From the IMG/VR virus record IMGVR_UViG_3300010398_000034, positions 1 to 27,813 of that record: a stretch of 27,813 nt of DNA; one strand, written 5' to 3'. The position numbers were made by a program, and so were the translations under genes. The DNA comes from a virus. Its lineage: Duplodnaviria; Caudoviricetes. Shown here in pieces: positions 17,130 to 24,119 of the stretch. The notes under the pieces are model-generated. The model was not told the origin of the DNA. It saw only the letters and a list, made by a program, of their open reading frames with translations, and did no database searches. How positions within the stretch are numbered: position 1 is the stretch's first letter; the number at the start of each line of letters is the position of its first letter.

Positions 17130-17360
17130 ATGCGTGTTGACGTGACGTACACCTATCACTGTAGTGCGGCCGGCTGCGGGGTGACGAAAAGCGAGCACTA
17201 CGAAGACCAGACCTACGGCGGTGGCATCCCGCTGCGCCTGCCGAGCGTGCCGCGTGGCTGGTTGGAGTTGGGACTGCTCATGTTTTGTCCCATCCATACG
17301 GTGCTCTTGTCGGTGGATGGACACGAGGAAACCTTAACAGAGGCTAGCCCGCCTACGTAG
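17130..17360 (+). CDS. Small hypothetical Cys/His-containing protein
   Basis: 76 aa, HCSAAGC...FCPIH; packed in the operon. Confidence 0.55.
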   Translation: MRVDVTYTYHCSAAGCGVTKSEHYEDQTYGGGIPLRLPSVPRGWLELGLLMFCPIHTVLLSVDGHEETLTEASPPT

Positions 17361-17383
17361 GTGGGTGAGGAGGAGGTGGGCCA

Positions 17384-17830
17384 ATGTTACAGCGCGTCAA
17401 TGTTGTCTCGGAGGGGCTGAAGCTGCCCCGCACGGCGACGGTGATCCCGCAGGCGGGGGTGCGGTCGCTCTATACCATCAGCGGCGTCGTGCGCATTCGC
17501 CAACTCTACGGCGTCGTCACGACACTCATTGCCGGCGGCGCCAACAACGCCAAGTTTCAATTTCACCCCACGGGCCAGACCGCCATCGACCTCTGCGCCG
17601 TGGCCGATATTGGCACGGTGCCGCTCGTCGTGGGGCAACTGATCGGCGTCGTCTTTCCGCCGGCCACGGCCATGGCGGCGGGCTGGGGCATTCAGGATAC
17701 GACGCAGGATTTCCTTATTGGGCCGGGCACCATCGACTTTAACTGCACCGCTGCGGCTGGCACCGGCGCCTTCCGCTTTCTCCTGGCCTACGATACGGAG
17801 CCGGGAGCCTTTGCGGTGCTGGCCCCCTAG
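17384..17830 (+). CDS. Hypothetical virion-associated beta-rich protein
   Basis: Strong GAGGAGG RBS; 148 aa rich in G/A/T/V; head region. Confidence 0.7.
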   Translation: MLQRVNVVSEGLKLPRTATVIPQAGVRSLYTISGVVRIRQLYGVVTTLIAGGANNAKFQFHPTGQTAIDLCAVADIGTVPLVVGQLIGVVFPPATAMAAGWGIQDTTQDFLIGPGTIDFNCTAAAGTGAFRFLLAYDTEPGAFAVLAP

Positions 17831-18063
17831 GGCCTGACGCCGGTGGGGCAGGCTGGTTGAAAGGCCGTCGCGATATGTGTAACCGCGCCCGACGGGCACT
17901 CGACGACGAACGCCCCGCCCGTGACGCCCCGGATGGCGGTCGGGCAGCGTGGCTGAAAGCGGGCCGTGGTATGCGTAGCGGCGCCCGAAGGCGACCCCGC
18001 CATGTAGGTCGTGGCACTCGGCGGTTTGACTGCACCGCTCGGACAGTTGGGTAGCATAGGCAT
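17827..18063 (-). CDS. Small Cys/Pro-rich repeat peptide (78 aa)
   Basis: RBS AGAGGAG, then ATG; MPMLPNCPSGAVKPP...SPSGAATHTTARFQPRCPT...CPSGAVTHIATAFQPACPT. Confidence 0.55.
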   Translation of the reverse strand: MPMLPNCPSGAVKPPSATTYMAGSPSGAATHTTARFQPRCPTAIRGVTGGAFVVECPSGAVTHIATAFQPACPTGVRP

Positions 18064-18096
18064 AGCATCTCCTCTTCTGTGTAGAAAGGATACATC

Positions 18097-18552
18097 ATGC
18101 CCGGCAATCCGCAAACCTCCCCTTTCTGGGGCACCTTTCTGGATACGCACGGCTCCAACAGCGAAGAGGAAGCCGCCTTTCTGGGCTACCTCACGACGCA
18201 TCAGATTGATCCCGGTGGGGATCCCAGCATGGTGGCAGAGGCGTACAGCGCCTTTCACGCCTGGATGACCGACTCCTACACGCATGACGCCACGGCCTCT
18301 GAGGCGGCCAATGTCGCGGCCACGTCCCAGGGTGTGGCCGAAGCCAGGGCTGCGGAACTGGCGCTCTACGCCGTGCCACGCTCCTCGCACGGCGATGTCC
18401 GGTTGCAGAAACCGAACACGGCGGCGACCAGGCCCCCGGAGAGCCGCGTGGCGCCCCCACCGCCTCCGCCCGAGACGCCGCCGGCCGCTGCCGCCCCGCC
18501 GCCCCCGCAAGCAAGCGCCCGCAGCCGCTCCAGTAGCGAGGGCAGCGCATGA
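18097..18552 (+). CDS. Hypothetical protein with Pro-rich C-terminus
   Basis: AAAGGA RBS; 151 aa; ATGA coupling to the next gene. Confidence 0.65.
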   Translation: MPGNPQTSPFWGTFLDTHGSNSEEEAAFLGYLTTHQIDPGGDPSMVAEAYSAFHAWMTDSYTHDATASEAANVAATSQGVAEARAAELALYAVPRSSHGDVRLQKPNTAATRPPESRVAPPPPPPETPPAAAAPPPPQASARSRSSSEGSA

Positions 18553-18806
18553 ACCCGGCGAGCGAGCGCATGCTTGTCCATTTTGACTATGACCATCTGC
18601 CACCTCATCTGCGCGATGTGAGCCAACCGTTCTGTCTCCTCGCCGGACAACTCGCGCAGATCCTCGATAGTAATGATGCGACGGCAGGCGCGGAAGTCAC
18701 GACAGGCTTACGCAAACTGTTGGAAGCGAAAGATTGCTTTGTGCGGGCACAGGTGCGATTGACCAAACTTGACGATCCAAGCTCGGTGAGTGCCGATCCT
18801 GAGTGA
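18549..18806 (+). CDS. Conserved small phage helical-hairpin protein (HLPPHL...LRKLLEAKDC.VRA type)
   Basis: FDYDHLPPHLRDVSQPF...AEVTTGLRKLLEAKDCFVRA, a pattern I recognise from phage hypothetical proteins. Confidence 0.75.
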   Translation: MNPASERMLVHFDYDHLPPHLRDVSQPFCLLAGQLAQILDSNDATAGAEVTTGLRKLLEAKDCFVRAQVRLTKLDDPSSVSADPE

Positions 18807-18831
18807 ACGGGGCGAAGGAGCATGCCATTAG

Positions 18832-19461
18832 TTATACGTACAGTGGCAGCCTTGGTCCACGGCCAGGGGCCATACCATGCTTGTGGAGAAAGCGTTGCAT
18901 GGTGCATTGGCTGACGCCAAAGTGTTTGGCTAAGCGTACCTGTCCATACCGATAGGGATCATAGAGACGGATGATCTCTGGCAGGTCAGCCTCTGTGAGC
19001 TTGGTATTACTGGGTAAGCGCCGGCGTCCTTTGGTGATAGAGTCCTGGACATTTTGCTGTTGCGTGCCAGGCCAGAGATGGGCCGGATTCACGCAAGCAG
19101 GGTTATCCCCTTCGGGGCAGTTATGACAGATAAGCATGTCGTCGGGAATAACACCATGGGTCAGGACATAGGCGGCTCGGTGCGCCGGTATGTTCTTATG
19201 GTGGGTGATCGCAAACTGGCCATACCCATCTTTCCCTTTCGCACCTTGCCAGATCCAGCAGCCGTCCGCAGTCGTTTTGAGCACTTTGACCCAAAAGCGA
19301 TCCCACAGGCTGAGTTTTCTTGGACAGGATTTCCCTTGCCGCGCTCGTCCTTCAAAGCGGCTTTTGCATGGGTGCGAGCAAAACTTTGCTGTCTCCGCAC
19401 GATAGGGATGGACAAGAAAGGTCGTACCACATTCAAGACAGATAAGGGATATGCGTACCAC
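18832..19461 (-). CDS. Free-standing HNH endonuclease (HNH_3 type) with N-terminal zinc ribbon and C-terminal HTH
   Basis: CLECG...FCSHPC; RFWVKV...CWIWQGAK...GYGQF...AHRAAY...ICHNC...DNPACVNPAHLWPGTQQQNVQD; LAKHFGVSQCTM. GTG 19461 behind GAGGAG. Confidence 0.9.
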   Translation of the reverse strand: MVRISLICLECGTTFLVHPYRAETAKFCSHPCKSRFEGRARQGKSCPRKLSLWDRFWVKVLKTTADGCWIWQGAKGKDGYGQFAITHHKNIPAHRAAYVLTHGVIPDDMLICHNCPEGDNPACVNPAHLWPGTQQQNVQDSITKGRRRLPSNTKLTEADLPEIIRLYDPYRYGQVRLAKHFGVSQCTMQRFLHKHGMAPGRGPRLPLYV

Positions 19462-19486
19462 GTGATGTCTCCTCAACAGACGAGTA

Positions 19487-19558
19487 TGGGGTACCCAGGC
19501 TCTCTCTCGGTTGAGGCGAGAGAGACTTGTCGAGCGGAGGCCTCCGCTACCTGAGCCC
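19487..19558 (-). ncRNA. HNH-associated three-way-junction leader RNA, copy C
   Basis: GGGCUCAGG-U-[AGCGGA ggcc UCCGCU]-CGACAAGU-[CUCUCUCG ccucaac CGAGAGAG]-AG-CCUGGGUAC-CCCA. Confidence 0.75.
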
Positions 19559-19562
19559 TAAA

Positions 19563-19591
19563 AGGATAGCACGGTAGAACGAAAAAGTCTA
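19563..19591 (-). promoter_or_regulatory. Promoter of HNH cassette C
   Basis: TAGACT-17 nt-TATCCT with extended TG. Confidence 0.65.
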
Positions 19592-19623
19592 TGAGAATGA
19601 TGTAATTATAGGAATATATCTAA

Positions 19624-20067
19624 ATGTCATGGACTTACAGCGGTAATCCAAATGCTTCTAGGGTAGATGCAGTCCATTATTTCCTCGGAGATACAGACCC
19701 TGGAAACCCGGTCAGCACGGACGAAGAGTGTGCCTTCGAGCTGTGTAACTACGGCATGAATCCGCTCCTCGCGGCGGCCTCCATTGCCGAAACCAAGGCG
19801 GCGCAGTTCGTCATGCGCCCGACCAGGGTGCGGCGCGGCGACCGCATCACCGACTACGGCGATGGCGCCCAGGCCTACCGCATGCTGGCGCAGTCCTTGC
19901 GCCTGAAGGCCTCCATTGCCAGCACCGTGATCTACTCGGGCGGCGTGGACGTGGCGGAGAAGCAAGCAGAAAAGGCCGATATGAGTACGGTCAAGCCCTT
20001 TGCCACCACCGACCTGCATACGCCACGGCCGTGGAGAGGATGGGAAGAGGAGGAGCGTGAGCCGTGA
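19624..20067 (+). CDS. Head-tail adaptor/connector protein
   Basis: MSWTYSGNP...DAVHYFLGDTD...TDEE, a typical adaptor N-terminus; downstream of capsid. Confidence 0.75.
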   Translation: MSWTYSGNPNASRVDAVHYFLGDTDPGNPVSTDEECAFELCNYGMNPLLAAASIAETKAAQFVMRPTRVRRGDRITDYGDGAQAYRMLAQSLRLKASIASTVIYSGGVDVAEKQAEKADMSTVKPFATTDLHTPRPWRGWEEEEREP

Positions 20068-20909
20068 TCCCCATCGGCACCCTGACGCCGGCTGCCGTCC
20101 GTGACATCTATTTGCGCGGCATCAACTTGGGCGCCTCCTGGACCGGGGCCGGGGGCGATGCCGCGATCAACTCGCTCCTCAACCTCGAAGTGAGTCGGGC
20201 GGAAGCCTTGATGGGCATCCATTTCCGGCGCTGGCGCGTCCTCACCCTGCCGGCCGCTGGCCTCATCCAGGGCCAGGACTACGACCAGCTCGGGCTGCTC
20301 GTGCCCTACATAGCGCCGGAGCCCGACCAGGAGTTTTATGCGCTGACACTGCACTGGCACGATGTGCAGGCAGTGACGCGCGTGCGCCTGTTCGAGGGCT
20401 ACAATACGGCCGTTCCACCCGCCCCCGTGTTCGAAACGATGGCGCAGGCGCTCCTCGCCTTTTCCAGCTACCACGAAACCCTGTATGTGCCCGTGACCCT
20501 CCCCGTCAATCCCACCCTCGGGCAGGGCTGGGCCGTCGATTATCTCTTCGGCCTGGGCGTGCTGCCGCCTGAGGTGATCCAGTGGGCTTCCATTGGCGCC
20601 GCCATCCAGGTGCTCGGCATGGGCGGCGCCGCGGCCGATGTGAGCAGCGGCATTGCCGGCGGCTCCTTCCGCATGGACGGCACCGAAGAGCGCACCAACT
20701 ACCTCGGCCAGAGCCAGTGGATGGGGGGCGGCCTCTACGCTGGCCCCATCAAAATGCTGATGAACCAGCGCGACGATATTGAGCTTGCCAAACTGCGCTT
20801 TCGGTATCAAAATACCCTGGGCGATGGCACGGCCATTCCGGCGGATGCCGTGCGCCCCCGTCAACCGTATGAGCAGACGCCGTGTCTGCCACGAATCCCG
20901 CCCCTCTAG
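20064..20909 (+). CDS. Putative neck/head-completion protein
   Basis: 281 aa, GTGA-coupled; C-terminal GIAGGSFRMDG; position in the head-tail module. Confidence 0.6.
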   Translation: MIPIGTLTPAAVRDIYLRGINLGASWTGAGGDAAINSLLNLEVSRAEALMGIHFRRWRVLTLPAAGLIQGQDYDQLGLLVPYIAPEPDQEFYALTLHWHDVQAVTRVRLFEGYNTAVPPAPVFETMAQALLAFSSYHETLYVPVTLPVNPTLGQGWAVDYLFGLGVLPPEVIQWASIGAAIQVLGMGGAAADVSSGIAGGSFRMDGTEERTNYLGQSQWMGGGLYAGPIKMLMNQRDDIELAKLRFRYQNTLGDGTAIPADAVRPRQPYEQTPCLPRIPPL

Positions 20910-20920
20910 GAGTTGTGCGG

Positions 20921-21319
20921 ATGCAAACGGCCTGGCAAGGTCTGGCAGTCAGCCCACTGGCGGACAATACCCTGGACTCTCTGACCGCCCTCACCCCGTT
21001 CAGTACGCCAGTGACGCTCACCGGGACCCCGGCACCGAACCTCGATACCGTCGTCACGCTGCCGACGGGCACGACCCTGGTGCGGCTGTGGAATGCCACG
21101 GATATCATCTATGTGGCGTTCGATACGACGCCTGGGCCGATTCCCGCGACACCGCCGGCCACGCCGCAAATCCCAGCCGCGGCCTTTATGCCGGGCGCCA
21201 TCCTGATTCCTGGCGAGGTCCTGGCGCTGGCCGTCCCCAATCCGACGGTGACGCATACGCTGAACCTGATCAGTCGCGGAGCGAGTACGACCGTACAGCT
21301 CACCGCGTTCACGGAGTGA
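20921..21319 (+). CDS. Hypothetical Thr/Pro-rich structural protein
   Basis: AGGAG RBS 8 nt before ATG 20921 (track start 20882 overlaps the upstream gene). Confidence 0.65.
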   Translation: MQTAWQGLAVSPLADNTLDSLTALTPFSTPVTLTGTPAPNLDTVVTLPTGTTLVRLWNATDIIYVAFDTTPGPIPATPPATPQIPAAAFMPGAILIPGEVLALAVPNPTVTHTLNLISRGASTTVQLTAFTE

Positions 21320-21322
21320 TGT

Positions 21323-21607
21323 ATGCGCCTGTCGGAGGTGATCGTTGGGGGCATTGGGGTGCTACTGGCGGGGGCGATCGTGCTGGCGCAACAACCCGCG
21401 CCCACCCCGCCGCCCTCCCCGCCGCCCTGTGATGAGCAACTGCGGATCACGACGACCCGCATGGATATCAAGCGCCAACAGGCCGATCTCGCCGAGCAGA
21501 ACGTGGCGCAACTCCTCGAGCAACTGCGCCAGGCCCAGGTCCAGAATGCCGAGTTGAAGAGCGAGATCGACAAGCTCAAGGATGGCGCAAAACCCCCAGG
21601 CAATTGA
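21323..21607 (+). CDS. Protein with N-terminal hydrophobic segment and coiled coil (i-spanin-like or secreted)
   Basis: VIVGGIGVLLAGAIVLA, Pro-rich linker, Q/E/L-rich helix. Confidence 0.65.
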   Translation: MRLSEVIVGGIGVLLAGAIVLAQQPAPTPPPSPPPCDEQLRITTTRMDIKRQQADLAEQNVAQLLEQLRQAQVQNAELKSEIDKLKDGAKPPGN

Positions 21608-21633
21608 CTTTTCTTTTCCCTTGGGTGTACAGT
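21604..21633 (+). promoter_or_regulatory. Sigma70-type promoter (neck/tail segment)
   Basis: TTGACT-18 nt-TACAGT, followed by the conserved leader. Confidence 0.7.
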
Positions 21634-21640
21634 GTACAGC

Positions 21641-21708
21641 GCGTGTTTTGGGAAGCCTGCAGGTGGCCCAGGACGCGCTTTTTTTGTGCCGGCCTGCCGA
21701 CTTTCTCC
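21641..21708 (+). ncRNA. Conserved promoter-proximal structured leader RNA, copy 3
   Basis: GCGUGUUUUGGG pairs with CCCAGGACGCGC, followed by UUUUUUUGUG. Internal GCAGGU and GGGAAG can pair with downstream GCCUGC and CUUUCU. Confidence 0.7.
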
Positions 21709-21753
21709 GCACTCTCTGCCTGTGCTGCCTGCGCCCGCAACCAAGGACCTGCC

Positions 21754-21969
21754 ATGCGTCTGCGGCTCCTGTGCCTGTGCCTGCTGGTGCTGGGAGGATG
21801 TGGCAGTGAGGCCATGCACATCACGGTCGAAATCTCGCATCAGGTGCGCTGTGCGTTTGTGCGCTACCGGGGCACGTGGGAACTGGAGGCGACCGACACC
21901 ACCATCCCGGTCGAGCAGTGCCGCCGCGCTCTGGAACGCGTGCTCCAAGAGTGGGAGCAAGTGCGATGA
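21754..21969 (+). CDS. Small lipoprotein (possibly o-spanin-like)
   Basis: AAGGA RBS; MRLRLLCLCLLVLGG-C lipobox; 71 aa. Confidence 0.65.
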   Translation: MRLRLLCLCLLVLGGCGSEAMHITVEISHQVRCAFVRYRGTWELEATDTTIPVEQCRRALERVLQEWEQVR

Positions 21970-22433
21970 GCACGAGACTGATCCAGATCGCGCCCATCCA
22001 GGTCACCATTACGGAGGTGCCGGCCCCAGCCGCGCAGGGATCGCTGCGGTGGCATGTGGGTCCCGTCATCCAGAAACAAGGAGTGTCCGCCATGCCGAAC
22101 GAATATACGCTGACCCGTGAACAGGGCATGCGGTTTTTTATCGAGCCGCTCACGCCCGGCGGCTCGGTTGCGCCCATTGATGGGGCGGCGCAGTGGACGG
22201 TCGAAGGCATTCCCTGTACCGTCCAACCCATTGATAATCAGAGTATCTGGCTGATTTCGCCGGCGACCGGCGTGGGCGATACGGTGCTGACGGTGAAAGC
22301 CGATGCCGATATGGGCGCCGGCGTCGTCACGCTCATGGATACATCGCTCATTCATGTCACGGATCCGATGGCGTCGAATCTGGGCATGGGGGCTGATGCG
22401 CCCGTGCTCAAAACCGACATCCCACCAGCCTAA
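21966..22433 (+). CDS. Hypothetical Ig-like/beta-rich virion protein
   Basis: ATGA-coupled start at 21966. An in-frame ATG at 22092 has a strong AAGGAG RBS and may be the true start. Confidence 0.6.
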   Translation: MSTRLIQIAPIQVTITEVPAPAAQGSLRWHVGPVIQKQGVSAMPNEYTLTREQGMRFFIEPLTPGGSVAPIDGAAQWTVEGIPCTVQPIDNQSIWLISPATGVGDTVLTVKADADMGAGVVTLMDTSLIHVTDPMASNLGMGADAPVLKTDIPPA

Positions 22434-22445
22434 ACGCGAGGATGT

Positions 22446-23105
22446 ATGCTCACGTACGGCGGCATTGGCTTGCACCATTTGAGTCTGCTCAAGCAGCGTC
22501 TCTTTATCCAGAGCCACGGCGAACAGGTCCTGGTGTGGCCGGTCCTGCAGTGTCCGTGCTTGCTGGATGACCGGCAATTTTCGCCCGTCTGCACGACGTG
22601 TCACGGCACCGGGCGCTTCTATCCACCGGACACCGCCTACGGCACCATGCTGCTCCTTGTGCACGAAACCTCGCAGCGCGACTATAACGATCCGGGCACC
22701 TGGACGGCCGGCACCATCCAGGCCACCATGCTGCCAGGGATACGCCTGGCCGAGCGCGATAAAGTGCGCCGCCTGGACATCAAGGAAACGTTTACGGATG
22801 AAGTCCTGACCAGAGGCCTGGATGAGCAGGTCCGCTTTACCTCCGGTGTGGATGTGACCCTGCTCGCCGACCGCCAGCAGGTGTACGTCGCTGGACGCGA
22901 CTACACCGTGAGCGCAGACGGGATGGTGACGTGGACGGCCACCGGGATGCAGCCGGCCTTTGGCGAGCAATATGCCCTCAAGTATCTGGCGTATCCCGAA
23001 TATCTCTGTTCGCCCGATAGCCCACGCGCCCGCGCCGAACACCGCCTCCCCCAGGCCCAGGTGGTGACCCTGCACCGCCTCGACCGGCTCAGTGAGGACT
23101 TTTAG
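22446..23105 (+). CDS. Putative neck protein with CPC...CxxCxGxG zinc motif
   Basis: QCPCLLDDRQFSPVCTTCHGTGRFY; this motif occurs in neck-region proteins of SPO1/Twort-type myoviruses. Confidence 0.65.
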   Translation: MLTYGGIGLHHLSLLKQRLFIQSHGEQVLVWPVLQCPCLLDDRQFSPVCTTCHGTGRFYPPDTAYGTMLLLVHETSQRDYNDPGTWTAGTIQATMLPGIRLAERDKVRRLDIKETFTDEVLTRGLDEQVRFTSGVDVTLLADRQQVYVAGRDYTVSADGMVTWTATGMQPAFGEQYALKYLAYPEYLCSPDSPRARAEHRLPQAQVVTLHRLDRLSEDF

Positions 23106-23107
23106 CG

Positions 23108-23881
23108 ATGCCACGTGCCGCAGAGAGTATGCCTGCAACCGTCGACGCTATCCGTGCAGCCGCTGAACTGGTCAGGTGGGCGTGGGTGCAACTGGCCGAA
23201 GGCTCCTCTATGAGCCCGGCGCAGCAGGTCCGCTACGTCGAGGGCCTGCAGGACAGCCGCAGCATTATCCATCCGGTCGGCGGCGATCCGCTCACGGCTA
23301 CCATCGTCAATGTCTCGCCGCTCGCCAACAGTATCGACGAGGGACACGGCGCCTATCATCTGCCCAGTCGCATCCACTGGGCCTCCACGCTCGGGGCCAT
23401 GAAGAATAAGTTCGGGCGCTACTACATGTTCATCCCCTTTCAGCACGGCGCCTATCGCGGACACAAGGGACCGATGCGGACGCAGGCACGGGCCATGCCG
23501 CCCGCGGTCTATCGGCGGGCACGATTGCTCCAGCCCGGCGAGAACCTCGTCAGTAGTCGTCGGATTGCCGGCCGGCATTCCATTGTGACGCCCGGCATGA
23601 CACCCTACGTGCCGCGCTATCACCGCAATATCCGTCCAGGCTATACCCACACACTGCGCCAGGAGCGCATGATACGGCAACCAGGGCGGGGGAAGGGCTC
23701 ACAATATCTTACCTTCCGCACCATGACCCAATCCAGTACTGGCTGGTGGGTGCCGCCCCAGGCCGGATTGCATCTGGCGCGGCAGGCGGAGCAGGATACA
23801 GCAGCGGCCGTGGAGCAGATGCTGGCGGCGGCGATGCGTGAGGATATGGCGCAGCTGATGACCGACAAGCTTGGGGGCTAG
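23108..23881 (+). CDS. Putative neck/tail-completion protein
   Basis: 257 aa basic protein; YMFIPFQH, YLTFRTMTQSSTGWWVP; located between neck and sheath genes. Confidence 0.6.
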   Translation: MPRAAESMPATVDAIRAAAELVRWAWVQLAEGSSMSPAQQVRYVEGLQDSRSIIHPVGGDPLTATIVNVSPLANSIDEGHGAYHLPSRIHWASTLGAMKNKFGRYYMFIPFQHGAYRGHKGPMRTQARAMPPAVYRRARLLQPGENLVSSRRIAGRHSIVTPGMTPYVPRYHRNIRPGYTHTLRQERMIRQPGRGKGSQYLTFRTMTQSSTGWWVPPQAGLHLARQAEQDTAAAVEQMLAAAMREDMAQLMTDKLGG

Positions 23882-23884
23882 GCC

Positions 23885-24115
23885 GTGGCACGGGCGTGCG
23901 AATGCGAGCGCAACCTCAGCATGACCCGGCGCGTGCTGGCGGGTGAATCCTGCCGGGTCGTCGCCGAGGAGTATGGGCTGACCAGGAACCGCGTGCAGCA
24001 AATTGTGCATCGGGTCTGTGCGCAACTCAACCCGCACTACTATGCGAGGCTTTACGGGCCGTCGCTGTGGCAATTGCGCGATGACCGGCAGCAGCTCGTG
24101 CTGGGGGAGGAATAG
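23885..24115 (+). CDS. Small HTH protein, paralog of 8929..9192
   Basis: RNLSMTRRVLAGESCRVVAEEYGLTRNRVQQIV. Confidence 0.7.
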   Translation: MARACECERNLSMTRRVLAGESCRVVAEEYGLTRNRVQQIVHRVCAQLNPHYYARLYGPSLWQLRDDRQQLVLGEE

Positions 24116-24119
24116 CGGC

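Noticed and set aside
17846-17995. Tandem riboswitch-like repeats on the + strand
   Set aside because: Better explained by the repeated peptide encoded on the - strand; no consistent base pairing between copies.
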